Origin: Octopus vulgaris
Taxonomy: Eukaryota
NCBI GenBank assembly: GCA_951406725.2
Contig: OX597817.1
Coordinates: forward strand, 29,016,001-29,080,000
DNA: 64,000 nucleotides
Direction: 5' to 3'
Shown: positions 25,101 to 38,989 of the stretch, piece by piece
Layout: the number at the start of each line of letters is the position of its first letter
Position numbering within the stretch: position 1 is the stretch's first letter
Notes under the pieces: generated by a model
What the model saw: the letters and a program-made list of their open reading frames with translations, nothing else
What the model was told of the DNA's origin: nothing
Databases searched by the model: none
Program-made: the position numbers and the translations under genes

Positions 25101-25866
25101 ATAAATAATTATCTTTTCTGTAACAACTCATATAAGCACATTTAGGAATATAATTCAAATTTCTGATTTCTTTCTCTCATAAATTTGTATATTCAAGTAA
25201 AACTGAATGTTCCGTAAATAGTGCCTCAGAATGCTGAGTTTCATGAATAGGATGATTAAAGATTGAGGCACATAGAAAAATATTGTAATTTGCATATGTA
25301 CGAACATGTCACTATTGAAAGATGAATACTAAACAAATGATACATGATGATGATGATGATGATATGCATGTAAATAGCAATAGACTATCAAGAATTAATG
25401 GAATAGCCGATAAGTAGAAACTATTCAGTCCATACAAGAAAATGGGAGTTATATTACCAATATTACTGGATGATAATCATAGTGATGCCAAAAAGACAGT
25501 AAGCTAACTCACCTATTAAAAGCTAAGCACTGTAATTAGAACCTATAAGCCAGTTTAAATGTATGGAAGTATTTTGGTCATTTCTAACTACTTCAGTTAT
25601 CAGACTGGAGTGAATACTCGCTCATAATGGATTTTCAATCAGTCATCCTAGCTTTTCAAGAAAATAATTTGCAGTCTACATAAACTACGTAATCCCTAAC
25701 CGCTGGGTGTATACTTACACACATAACATGCAGATATTCTTACTACTATAAACCAGCATCTATACATAATCTTATCAATGAATGTACACTGATGCATTTT
25801 CACTTATAAATGCATACATTCTTGCAAATAGTAATATGTACACTTATGTTTATATACATATACATA

Positions 25867-26275
25867 GGCACAGGAGTGGCTGTGTGGTAAGTAGCTTGTT
25901 TACGAACCACATGGTTCCGGGTTCAGGCCCACTGCATGGCACCTTGGGTAAGTGTCTTCTACTATAGCCTCGGGCCGACCAAAGCCTTGTGAGTGGATTT
26001 GGTAGACGGAAACTGAAAGAAGCTCGTCGTATATATGTATATATATATATGTGTATGTGCGTGTTTGTGTGTCTGTGTTTGTCCCCCCAACATCGCTTGA
26101 CAACTGATTCTGGTGTGTATACGTCCCCGTAACTTAGCAGTTTGGCAAAAAGAGACCGATTATATGTATTTGGCTTACAAAGAATAAGTCCTGGGGTCGA
26201 TTTGATCGAATAAAGGCGGTGCTCCAGCATGGCCACAGTCACATGACTGAAACGAGTAAAAGAGTAAAGAGTATA
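25867..26275 (+). mobile_element. SINE family A
   Basis: Consensus match. Confidence 0.9.
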
Positions 26276-26422
26276 TACATATAAGAACTACTAATATTGC
26301 TTGAAGAATTCTTAAACTCATTAATCCTAACTCTAAATTTTGATACGATACTTCTCTCTATGTATTCACTTTCTTAGGTGACAGTATTCACATAATCTGA
26401 CAAACCTCTGTGTGTGTGTGCG

Positions 26423-26459
<37 letters not shown>

Positions 26460-26499
26460 ATTGTGCTTTTCAATTTTATTGTTTTAGAGTATTTCTTCT

Positions 26500-28172
26500 G
26501 TTCTGCCAGCTTTCCTATCTGTTCTTTCATGCTGCTATCAGTTGTATGGTGTTTCTATAGCAGAACTTCTTGCCACTTGTTATGGTCTTTTGTTATCTCC
26601 TTTGTAAGTCTTTACTTCCTGCAGTGAGCTTTCACTGTTCTTTGCCCATCTTCCTTTGCTCCTGTGATTTAAGTTGCTTAGCACTCCTGTACCTAAATGT
26701 CATCCTCCACATGCATCATGTATCTATACTAAATCAGTTGTCCTTCTTGCATACTGATTGCTCTTATACCCAATTTTTCTCACAGCTCACTTGACCTATC
26801 ATTCTCACACACAAACATTATACACTAGTGATATACACCTGCTTCATTTATTTCACTTCTTTACACTTCTTCATTCAATACCAGTGTTTCTCTACAGTGC
26901 AGTATTACTCTCCATACAAACACATCATACTGTCTACCCTCCCTTGAGAGACAAAATCACATTTGTAGCTAATAGAGGTATTGTTTCTTTGAAATTTTCC
27001 TACCCTGTTCTTACTCTGGCATCTGTGCTTCTAAAACACATTGTTTCCCTGCTAATTATGTTTTTTATATTAACAGGCACTATCAACTATTTCTAGAGAG
27101 CTATCTAAGCATTTGAAAGACTTTATTTTTATATGTGCTCTTGCTGTTAACTACTCTTGTGTAACCACTAATTACAAAGTCATTTCTGTAAGTTTGCTTG
27201 GGTCTCACTGTATTTGTTGTTCACCCTTGGTTTACACTGAGTACACCGTATGCCTGGCAAGTTAGGACTAATTGTCTGATCTTTACAGAGAAAATTTGTG
27301 GCTGTCTCACTAGGAAAGAAAGAAGCAGTGGTATCCTTCCCTTACACAAACTTTAATTGCATCACATATCAACTAATTTTCTTCCAAAACGTTGTGTTAT
27401 AACTCTTTATGCTATCACTGGACCAGCATGGTCCAGTTTGATCTTTCCGTACTTGCTCTTTGCAAAGCATCGCTTATATAGATATAGCAGCTTCTAATAA
27501 TACTATTACACTGGTTATTGGGAATGCCTCCTTACTGTATTATTTGGTTGAATAAGCAAATGATTAGTGCATGTCCTACTTCAGCAAATATTTTAAACAT
27601 CTCCACAGCTATTCTAGATTGAACAACTGCCTTCCAAGCTTTTATGTTCCTAATGCCCATTTCAAACATATAGCTGCTAATTTCAGTATTAAGTCATATG
27701 TTGGGTCTACTTCAAGTCGTCTTGTTCTTCACCTCTCACTCTTAGTAGCATTTCTTCTCAACATCTATGAAGGCAATTGTCCTAAGTAATTTCATATATA
27801 TTTTGCACCTACAATGTCCTGATTCATACCAACACATTGCTTTGTAATTCAGAATGCCTTGCATATATCTTCCCTTCACAGTTCATTGGCAAATCTTTTA
27901 CTTTATATTTTTCTCTTTACTAAACTCATCCGATGTAAATTTTCTGTGAGCCCTTCTCTTTCTCTCTTTACTCTTTTACTTGTTTCAGTCATTTGACTGT
28001 GGCCATGCTGGAGCACTGCCTTTAATCGAGCAACTCGACCCCGGGACTTATTCTTTTGTAAGCCCAGTACTTATTCTATCGGTCTCTTTTGCTGAACCGC
28101 TAAGTAACGGGGACCTAAACACACCAGCATCGGTTGTCAAGCAATGCTAGGGAGACAAACACAGACACACAA

Positions 28173-28207
<35 letters not shown>

Positions 28208-28800
28208 CATATATACGACGGGCTTCTTTCAGTTTCCATCTACCAAATCCACTCACAAGGCTTTGGTCGCCCCGAGGCTATAGTAGAAGACACTTGCCCA
28301 AGGTGGCACGCAGTGGGACTGAACCCGGAACCATGTGGTTGGTAAACAAGCTACTTACCACACAGCCACTCCTGCGCCTTCTAGTTACCTTATATTGTTC
28401 CTAACTACTCGCATTATTTTGTAGCTTGTCTCTTAGCTTTCAGGTCACTTCATGATAGGATGGAACCCGCTCCATCCACACATTTGGTTTGTAACATGCA
28501 GCAAATTGTCTTGTAGACACTTTCATTTGTCTTCTGTGTAATAGGTCACTTTTGCATCTTTCTTCACTACATATCTGTAACTATGTATTTCTATGGGGCC
28601 TACATCTGGCTGGAGTATTTTCAGCTTCCATAAGCTCCTTCTCCAAATTTTGTCTACAGGTTTCTGTAGTTCTTAACCTTGTCATTAATCTTAAGCCTAT
28701 GTTGAAGAGAATATTCTTCTCCTGGAGGAAGAAACTGAATATTCACAGCTGTTTGTCTCTATTTCACTGTTTGGTGAATATGAAGTTGATTTGATCTCTG
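26500..28800 (-). mobile_element. Highly decayed LINE (RT-region) relic, interrupted by a SINE A copy
   Basis: Pyrimidine-rich plus strand with RT-like traces; no intact ORF; boundaries approximate. Confidence 0.4.
27960..28378 (-). mobile_element. SINE family A
   Basis: Consensus match. Confidence 0.9.
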
Positions 28801-29329
28801 ATTTATGCTGATTTGACCTCTACTTTCCTGAAGCTTATTTTGCAAAACATTTGGTCATTTATATTATAGTCCTTATGTAGTCTTGAACACTCTTCATTCT
28901 GTGTATTACAGTCCCTGTGTAAACCATAATTACCATTATAGTGTTCTGTGTGTGCAAGTGTGCATGTACATGTGTGTGTATATGTGTGCATGTGTGTACA
29001 GTACATACATTTATATATACAGATAGAAACACTGAAACTGTTTTAATGGAAGTTCTTATCAAATATGGTATCATATATTTCAAAGTTCTATTCACATGTC
29101 TATAGTACTGTGTGATACTGGAATAAGACTACCTGTCTCAATAAAGTCATATCAAAATATAATACAGAAAACCACCAAAAATATATAGAAATTATTAAAA
29201 AAAAAATTACTTTAAATACGATGTGACATGTGGTATTGACCTAGACTACAAATTATAGTAAAAGTAAAAAGCACTTTACTATGCAGTTCAAAGTGTATAC
29301 ATATAGTATTAATGCACATGTGTAAGATT

Positions 29330-29535
29330 GTGAGCTGGCAGAAATGTTACTATGCCAAACAAAATGTTTAGCAGACTTTCATCTGTCTTTATGTTCTGAG
29401 TTCAAATGCTGCTGGGGTTGACTTTGCCTTTCATCCTTGTGGGGTTGGTAAAATAAGTACCAGTTATGCACTGGGGTTGATGTAATCAACAAGCTCTTTC
29501 CATCCCCTAATTTCAGGCTTTGTGCCTACATTAGA
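29330..29535 (+). mobile_element. SINE family B (older)
   Basis: gagctggcagaa...gagttcaaat...tttcatcctt...taagtaccagttatgcactgggg. Confidence 0.75.
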
Positions 29536-29809
29536 TAAATATATTTATGTGCTTGTTTGTGGAAGTGGGATGGTTCATCTTTGTTCGGCTTAGTATTTGG
29601 TTTTATTTTTTGTTTTGCTTGAATCTTGGTTGGTTTTTTTCTTTTTTTTTTTTTTGGTGGTCAATTATTTTTAGCGTTTTAAAAAAAGTCCTTCTAAAAT
29701 TGTTTTTTAACATATGCATGCCAAAAGAAGTTGAATGCTTACACAGCAGATTTTACAGCCACATCTTCCAAACCGACTAGGTGAAATTGGGCTTAGTTGC
29801 TGGTATTTA

Positions 29810-29841
<32 letters not shown>

Positions 29842-30914
29842 AAATTACAATTCTTCTCCAGAGTTTACTAACATCCCTTTAGCTTCTGTGTTCAAATTCT
29901 ATCATCTTTGTTTTCCATCCATTTTCAGTGATAGAATGCAGACTAGTATTGTATTAGGAGTTGATTTAATCAATTATAACCCAACTCCATTTTAAATTTC
30001 TAACTTTGTGCAAATGTAACTGATCGTTATTCAATAGAGGCTAACTACCTCATTACCAAGCTGTTTCTGTCATGTCTTACCTTGATTGCTTCTACAATAT
30101 TTTCTGTTCTGAGAGATTACTGATTTCTCATCCCAAACCTTATTATTTCAGCAGCCTCATTTCCTATCACTGCAACCATGACTCACTAAATGCTAGACAA
30201 TTCCCTTTTACCCAATTCTCCATCAAGGCTTTCTCTTATAAGGAACCTGAGCTGAACACCAAGAATATTAACTCAAACCACTTATTTCTATCACCTTTTC
30301 TATGAAAACATGGAAAGGTTTAAAACTACCTTTTTCCTCCAGATTAAATTACAAGATAATAATTAATATATAAACATCATGTATTATGTCATACACTTTT
30401 TTGTCTTCATAGAGTTGTAACTGCTTCTAAGGCCACCCATGGAGCACAAGTGTATCTATGTTTAGTGAAGTTAGATAAGTATGGTGCCTACAGCTGATTA
30501 AGAACTTATGACTTGTGGGTCACAAGTCCAGGATTTTCAATGCATTGTTGCCATACTACTACTAAAACTAACTAGATGAAATAAGCAAAAACGTAACAAA
30601 CTTTAAAAAGAAATGCAATGCAAAATGCAAAGAACTTAACAAGATAAAGAATAAAGTTAATGCTGATTGGAAGAAGGCCTTCAGGTAATTAGTTTCTTCC
30701 GAAATACATCAAAGTATCCCAACCAAAATCCAAAGGCTTCAGCCAAGAACTGATGATTTGGCATTCCTTCAGTTTTAGACAAACAACTCATAACCCTTAT
30801 TTTTCCTTTTCTTTCTTTACTTATATATATCTTAGTAATCTGAGTGGACATGAGATTTTTTACCATTGTCGTATATGCATATACTTACATACATGTATGC
30901 ACAGACACACACAC

Positions 30915-30961
<47 letters not shown>

Positions 30962-31872
30962 CACACATCATCATCATTTTATGTCCACTTTTCTATATTG
31001 TTTGCATGCACACACACACACACACACACATTCCTATGTATAGATCTGTATTAACACATATAAGTGTATTTGATGTTTGTGTGTGAGCATTCATATACAC
31101 AAATGTGTATTTGAGCATTGTATACAATAAGGTCTAATATATATATATATATGTATGAATGTATATCTATAAACACCCACACACAAACTTTTTTTATGCT
31201 TGGCCTTCTAGCTCTAGTCAGAGGTTAAAAACAATAGGTACATAGGACTAAAAGCTATGGCTAAGCTCCAAGCAGTTTCCGTTGTAGCAGTTTCTTATTT
31301 TCACCTTTACTTGGCTTCTTTCTTCAGGTTTTATAACTAAAATGAAAGAAAAAAAATATTCCATCAATAATTGAAGTTTCAGCCAAAAGTAAAAGTGATG
31401 CATTCTTTAAGTCCAAAATTTTAGTTCTGTTCTTTATCTTTTTTCATTTATCTTTTGTTTATGATAACAATGCCCATTTCACATGTAATGTGACTCTGAG
31501 TAAAAACAATAAACTTTAAATAAAAATAATGAAGAAAAAATTGATTAACATCATAATAGCTAAATAGAAAATTATTTATTTTCCCCAACTTCCAAAAGTT
31601 TGCACATTTTTGGAGTGACTCATTTTGCTAGTTAAGCTGTATACCAGGGATGGTTATACTTCTGCTGATGACAGGTGAGGAAGCAAAAAACTTTAGAGTC
31701 ATCTTCCTTTCTTTCTCAGTCTGAGAACAATGTTAACTAACTCCTAATATTTTTCCTAATCACCATATTTAACTCTGTTATTGTTATTTCTGATGTTGAA
31801 AATACTGGACTCAATCAAAGACCTTCATTTATACTGTTATTAGCACAGTGGCATGTGTAAAGGTGATAATAA

Positions 31873-32211
31873 CTATAAAGCATCTTTAGAGAGTTATAGC
31901 CAAAAAATAGCAAAAAAATGGAAAAAAAATTATGGTAAATTTTTTTTTGAGAGTAAAAAAGGTTGAGTTGCGTCCCCTAGACAGTCTGTGGTTTTTTTTT
32001 TTTTATTCTCGACCCCATGTCGAATTTATCGATTTTTCAGAACTGGGGGAACTTTTCAAAATTTTCGCTGCGTTAGTTTTGAATTATGACATTGGGCTAT
32101 GCGTGTGTCAAGTTTCATCAGAATCGGTTGAAAGCTGTGGTCAGGGTGAGGGTACGAGAAAACAGACACACAGAAACACGCACAGACAAACTGCCGTTTA
32201 TATATAGAGAG
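31873..32211 (-). mobile_element. Helitron-like non-autonomous fragment flanked by a 34-bp direct repeat
   Basis: Minus strand begins a|tctctctatatataaacggcag (overlapping the repeat edge), like the 50644 Helitron 5' end; flanks 31839-31872 = 32212-32245. Confidence 0.55.
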
Positions 32212-33509
32212 ATTAGCACAGTGGCATGTGTAAAGGTGATAATAATTATCCTGTATCATATCACATGTTAGTTCTTAATATGAAAGAAATACCCCATTTT
32301 AATCAGGTTTTACAGCAGATGCAAATTTTTATAGATTTCTTGAAAGAATTCCCCTTCATCAATCTCATTAGTTTCTTCTTCAATATCTGCTCTCTACCAA
32401 AACAGCTGACATTTTAATTAAAGATGTAAAATTTTGAATTTCTTTCTCAACTATAATTTTTTCAGATGCTAAATATATCATCAAAAGCAATATTATTATC
32501 ATCATCATATTTATTCTCATGAACTGGATTTATATTTCTAGTTGTATCATGACAGCTAGATATTGATAAATCTACAAAATTATTTTTATTTAACCAAACC
32601 AAATTCTGATGAATTCATTTGTTCACCAGAACACTGTTCTGTTCACTCTACCATCATATTAATGAATTTCTTGAATCAATTTCAATTCAGTTACCTGCTG
32701 CTACTACTACCCCTGATTAGATTATTCTAAGCAATCTGTGTATAATCTATTGGAGAGAGAACTTTAGATCTGTTTCATAGAGCACAGGTGTGGATGAATC
32801 TATGTGATGTTGTTTAGCCCCAGGTCAACTCTGATCAAAGATAGCTATGATCAAAGGCTTTCCAGTTATGATCATCTTCACTTTTTTGCAGGAATAAGGT
32901 ATTTAGGACAACATTATACATTGACATAATGTATTTAGAGCAGTGTTATTCGTTCCTTTTATTTAAGATGGGTTGAGCCATTCTGAGGGGTATTTGGCTG
33001 CAATTTCTTGCCAGTCAGATGACTACATAAAGGCTTCTTCAGTTGGGGTATTTTACAAATATTATTGATTATTCTGCAGGAATATGACCAAATATTCTAC
33101 ATGGCACCATTGTAGTAAATTTCTTGATACAGGTATGTGGAAAACACAGCTGAGCCATCAAACACTGTACATATTCCAATCTTTAGTCAGCTGAAGCTGT
33201 ATGCATTATCTTCAATTACACCTCTAAATATTATAACCACCACTCAAATCAATCAAGAAGCATTTATAAGGCCACTCAACCTGATAGAAAAAACTACACC
33301 AATCACTTTTAGATAATCAGTACTCAGTTTTAAAATTAAAGGACACACATTAGATAATTCACTCTTAGATATCTCACCTACCACAGAAAATAGTAAGCAG
33401 AGTGATTGCGACTAGAATACCTTTATCATGAGTATGCTCAATCAGAGCTGACCAACAACAATCACTATCTCAATCAAATAGAATATTACATTATTTGTTT
33501 TATTTCTTA

Positions 33510-34270
33510 TAATTTTCGGAGCTTCTTTAGAAGCACACCTCTCCAAGAAAATGACATTTACTTGCTAAAAAGTTATGAAAATGGGAAATACATCCAAAAT
33601 AAAAGAAGCATTCAAAAAAAACTTCAGAAGATTCATCTATTTTCAAATATTTTATACTAAAACATAGAATACGGATAATGGACACTTGTGAATATAAAAA
33701 AAACACATCGGACGATAACTTACTTTTACCAGTCAGATATTACTAATGATACAAGGGGCCAAACAATATCGTCTGCAAATTGTAAGAAGATCGTTTCACA
33801 ATTTTTATTTCTTAAAAGTCAGTTTATAACTAATAGATACTATTATGTCAGATTTTGTGTCTGAACAGGAAATATCACATCATAAAATGGGCAAAAGTAA
33901 AGCGAGTGCTCACCACCTAACCCTAACCCTAAAACTAACCCTCATCCTAAAACTAACCCTAACCCTAAAACTAACACTAACCCTAACCAGTGTGCACAGT
34001 AAAAATCTGATTAAAATCTATCAAGAATTTGCAAACATTGATAATATCATTAATAATATCTGATACATCATCCAACGTGTTTGTTTATATTCGCAAATGC
34101 CCATTTTCTGTGTTTTATTTTTTAGTATAAAATATTTTAAAATAGATGAATCTTCCTAATTTTTTGCATACTTCATTTATTTTGGATATATTTCCCATTT
34201 TCATAATTTTTTTAGAAATTAGGCATCATTTTATTCGAGAGGTCCGCTTCTAAAGAAATGCCTAATTTTC
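33510..34270. mobile_element. Foldback/MITE-like element with ~200-bp inverted arms and telomere-like (CTAACC)n core
   Basis: 33510-33715 is a diverged reverse complement of 34066-34270; core repeats at 33917-33988. Confidence 0.7.
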
Positions 34271-37071
34271 AAATGTAACTAATAAAGATCTAGAATTATG
34301 TGTTTCACCAGAAAGTCATGAATATATTAATCTGTCTTTAGGAAAGAAGATTTTTAAAATTTTAAATCTGGGAGAAGCAATGTTGCGTACCTTGCATTCA
34401 ATGTATTCAAAAAGTGGTAGATATAGTGTAGGCCAATAAAAGCAATTGTCCTCAATGGTTCCATAAACATAATTCCTGTTTATTAAGCCACTGTCTGGTC
34501 ACGTTGCTATACCTTACATTTTAAGTTTTAGAGACCCAAAAGACAGTTATAGAAACCCTCTCAATGGTTCATTTGGCACTCTATGCATAACCCATTTATT
34601 TTCTGTTCCACGAATGCCAGAATTATCTGTACCTATTTCTATGAGTATTAATGAATTTTTATTTTAATATCCGAATGATTTTTTTCACATTCTTGTTTAA
34701 CCATATACCTTAAATGATGGACTTAATCTGTCTCCCAGTTTAATTTACTACCTGATTGCTGGGTGCCATTTTTGCGTATGGTCCTCTTTGGTTCCTATTT
34801 TACTCAACTGGACCTCTGTAGTCATTCAATGTGTATGAAAAAAACCCATCCTACTGTATTCTTATACTTAAATATTATTAGGAAATGTATTTAAAAAATT
34901 ATTAAATTATTTTGTGTATTGTAGAAGTATAACCAGTATATTACAGATAAATTTTAACAACAAAATCTTATATGGAACCCTCCCCTGGGCCATATGAACC
35001 TTGGTTGAGAACCACTGCTTTAGAAAGTTCACTATTGGGAGTACTCCAGTTAGGTTTGAGAGTAACTCAGTCTGATTTGAGGGTAACTCAAAGTTCCACT
35101 CATCAGTTTAACAGTCCCCTTCACCCTATAAAAATAAAACAAGTTTTGGGTGTTGTCTTCCCTACCATAAAATAGAAAAAAAAATGCCCACTCAGCTTTA
35201 ATCAAATAAAAGCTTTAACCAATGATATGTTAGTCTTGATAACTCCTTTTATTGTGCAGCATATTATATCCAGGACTGCATATTCCAATATGCCCTGCTG
35301 TTTTAAAGAAATGAACTGTGATTTTTGTAGAAAATTAGTTGCTATTTCAGCAAATCAGATGGCTTATAAGGAGCTCTTACATTGGATTATTTAATTATTT
35401 GTTTTTTGTTTTTTTCGTTTTTTTTTTTATGGTATTGATATTTGATCTATAAAATCTCCGCTCAATTGTTTGTTTGATCCATCTCCAGAAAACACTCATT
35501 TTTAACATATTTTGAAAACATGTGTTTTGATATTCTGCTGTTTATCTGAGTCAAAATGAGGACATGCTATCTTTACAAGAATGTCAGTTTCTAGTTTGTG
35601 ACAGCTGAAAGTCTACAAGTTAACAATGTTCTTTCTTTATTTTTAACATTCCCTTTTCCATTTTTGTTTCATTTTATCGTATTTTCCCTCTGTCTCCCTC
35701 TTCTGTAATGAGTGAAAATATTCTTCAATTGAACCAGTAGCAATCTTTCAAGTAAAAGCAAAAGCAATCATGTGCTTACTTGCACCAGTCTCCTAAGTCT
35801 AGTATTCCTCAAGAGACCAAAGTACATTAACAATGTTATTGACTATTATAGGTAGCACTGACTGTAATCAATATTACTGTTGTGAACTAAAATAGATCAC
35901 AAGAATACAGACTTCTGACAAAATTGATCTCTTGAACTATTAGAATGGAATATATTTTGGGAACACACTTTTTTTCAACTACACCCCAGATTCTCTTTAG
36001 AGAACATGAAAGGAAAGACAACTGGGAATGAATAAGGTTGCAGTATTTCAACATCATCATCTCTGAAGAGGATAGCTTTGTCATGATATCCAGATACCTC
36101 CTGTGATTTTTCTCCCATAGTGCATACTTTTCCCCTGCTAGAATTAGCTTGAAGTTTTACAAACTCGGACATTTGTATGATTTCTTAAAGCAAATGTTTG
36201 TTCCTTGATGTTAGATTCATTGTTATATAGTTTGATTCAAGCTAATTTTTAAATTCAAATGCTAGAAGGAAGTAAAGTACTGCGTTAAGTATAAAACGTT
36301 TATATACTGATCTACAAGCCATTGTCAATAATGTTGTTGCTTTTGTATTCAGGTCTCATACTTGCTGCTTTATTTTTGAACTGGTGTTACACTGATACAG
36401 CTATCATTTCCTGCAGGTTTACCATGGCAATGAGAGTGCACTTAGTCAACCTTTGAATCTAACTAAATGGTTACGTGATGCACTTGTGGTGCATATAGAT
36501 TATGTCGCTTTTGTATTAACTTGCAGCCTGTTGCTTGTTAAGGTTAAGAATATAGGAAGTGTAACTTTGGTGACATTGGTGACCTCTTTTGCATAGGAAA
36601 TGAACACAAAAGTAGGAAATCCACTGCTGTTTATCAAGTCAGGTTCATAGATTCACATTACAACAATATATTTGACGAAAGAGAGCTGGCTCTTTCAAAG
36701 AATATTGATATCAAATATGAAAAATAGACTGAACAAAATAATGTATGTAATCATTTCTCCTTACTTTATGTTGCTACTGTTTATCATCATCATCATCATC
36801 ATCATTATTATTACGGCGGCAAGCTGGCAGAATCACTAGCAGTATTTCATCTGTCTTCATGTTCTGAATTCAAATTCCAACAAGGTTGACTTTGCTTTTC
36901 ATCCTTTCAGGGTCAGTGAAATAAGTACCAGTTATGCACTGGTGTTTGATGTATTCGATTAGCCCCACCCCCCAAATTTCAGGCATTGTGCCTACAGTGG
37001 AACAGATCATTATTATTTACATTATTTACAATTGACAGATATTTGTATTTGTCCTCATCTTGTTTGTTATT

Positions 37072-37114
37072 AACACGTTTTGGCTGATATACCTTCTAGC
37101 CTTCATCAGGTGTC
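37072..37114 (-). ncRNA. Degenerate hammerhead motif (opposite arm)
   Basis: gacac-CTGATGA-aggct..agcc-AAAAC-gtgtt: G12A change and 3-nt deletion. Confidence 0.5.
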
Positions 37115-37398
37115 TTGGGGAAATTTCGAACCTGGGTTCTCATTCCTAAGATATATTTTGATGATGATGATATTGTTGTTGTTCAGGTCACTGCCTGGAA
37201 TCGAACTCGGAATCTTGGGGTTAGTAGCCCGCACTCTTAACCACAACGCCATATGCTCGTGGACATATGGCGTAGTGGTTAAGAGCGCAGGCTACTAACC
37301 CGAAGATTCCAAGTTCAATTCCAGGCAGTGACCTGAATAATAATAATAATATCAAAAAATACCTTAGGAATGAGAACCCAGGTTTGAAATTTCCCCAA

Positions 37399-37444
37399 GA
37401 CATCTGATGAAGGTTGGAGGGTATATCAGCCGAAACGTTGTGTT
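37399..37444 (+). ncRNA. Minimal hammerhead ribozyme motif (no helix III loop)
   Basis: gacat-CTGATGA-a-ggttg gagggtatat cagcc-GAAA-CG-TT^-gtgtt; helix I and II pair; predicted cut after U37439. Confidence 0.7.
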
Positions 37445-37818
37445 AACAATAAATAGGATGAGGACAAATATGTGTCAATTGTAAATAATGTACATAATTC
37501 CTCATCTCTTAAATATAGAACTGTATCATTATTATTATTATGATTAAGGTGGTGAGCTGGCAGAATCATTAGCAAGCTGTGCAAAATGCTTTGCAGTATT
37601 TCATTCGTCTTTATGTTCTGAGTTCAAATACTGCCAAGGTTGATTTTGTCTTTCATCCTTTCGGGGTCAATGAAATAAGTACCAGTGAGACACTGGGGTC
37701 GATGAAATAAGTACCAGTGAGACACTGGGGTTGATGAAATAAGTACCGGTAGAACACTGGGGTTGATGTAATCACCTAGCCCCCTTCCTCCAAATTTCAA
37801 GCCTGAAATTTAGAAAGG

Positions 37819-37877
<59 letters not shown>

Positions 37878-38102
37878 AGCAGTGAACTGGCAGACTCATT
37901 AGCATAACAGGCAAAATGCTTAGCAGCATTTCGTCCAACGTTACATTCTGAATTCAGATGCTGAATTCAAAGCCAATTTCGGCTTTGCCTTTCATCCTTT
38001 TGGAATCAATAAAATAAGTACCAGTTGAATGGTAGGGTTGATGTAATCAACTTACCCCCACCCACAAAATTGCTGGACTTTAGCTAGAATTTGAAACCAA
38101 TA

Positions 38103-38161
<59 letters not shown>

Positions 38162-38529
38162 TGGCAGAATTGTTAACATGTCAGGCAAAATACTTAGCGG
38201 CAGTTCGTCTGTCTTTACGTTCTGAGTTCAAATAGCGCTAAGGTCATCTTTACCTTTCATCCTTTCGAGGTCAGTAAATTAATTACCAGTTGAGTAATGG
38301 GGTCGATGTAATCAACTATCCCCCTCCCCCAAATTTCAGGCTTTGTGCCTATAATAAAAGGATTATCATTATTATTGTTATTATTTGATTAAAACTCTCA
38401 GTTTATTTTGCTGGGTATGATGGAAAGGGGTCAGCTGTCCACAGCCATCAGCCTAAGGTGTCACTTGTTTACTGATCATGCTTTAAGAATCCCGTGTAAA
38501 ACTCTTGCAGTTCCAAGCAATCTATTTAC

Positions 38530-38752
38530 TTTTTTACTCTTTTACTTGTTTCAGTCATTTGACTGCGGCCATGCTGGAGCACCGCCTTTAGTCGAGCAAC
38601 TCGACCCCGGGACTTATTCTTTTTGTAAGCCCAGTACTTATTCTATCGGTCTCTTTTTGCCGAACCGCTAAGTGACGGGGACGTCAACAGACCAGCATCG
38701 GTTGTCAAGCAATGCTAGGGGGACAAACACAGACACACAAACACACACACAT

Positions 38753-38793
<41 letters not shown>

Positions 38794-38958
38794 TACGACA
38801 GGCTTCTTTCAGTTTCCGTCTACCAAATCCACTCACAAGGCATTGGTCGGCCCGGGGCTATAGCAGAAGACACTTGCCCAAGATGTCATGCAGTGGGACT
38901 GAACCCGGAACCATGTGGTTGGTTAGCAAGCAACTTACCACACAGCCACTCCTGCGCC
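38530..38958 (-). mobile_element. SINE family A
   Basis: Consensus match. Confidence 0.9.
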
Positions 38959-38989
38959 TTTTGATGACTTTTGTAGGTGTTTTGTCTTT

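Larger units (their letters stand above)
37013..37523. mobile_element. Palindromic (head-to-head) tRNA-headed element with HHR in each arm
   Basis: ~245-bp inverted arms centred at ~37260; each arm = ggcgtagtggttaagagcgc..gttc.attcca (A/B boxes) + (aat)n + HHR. Confidence 0.8.
36814..38365 (+). mobile_element. Cluster of four SINE family B copies separated by (ATT)n tracts
   Basis: Copies ~36814-37010, 37548-37820 (triple ~32-bp internal duplication), 37877-38100, 38161-38365. Confidence 0.8.

Noticed and set aside
33845-34063. ORF with LTLTLKLTL repeats; possible true telomere
   Set aside because: Translation of the short degenerate (CTAACC)n core; internal, not a chromosome end
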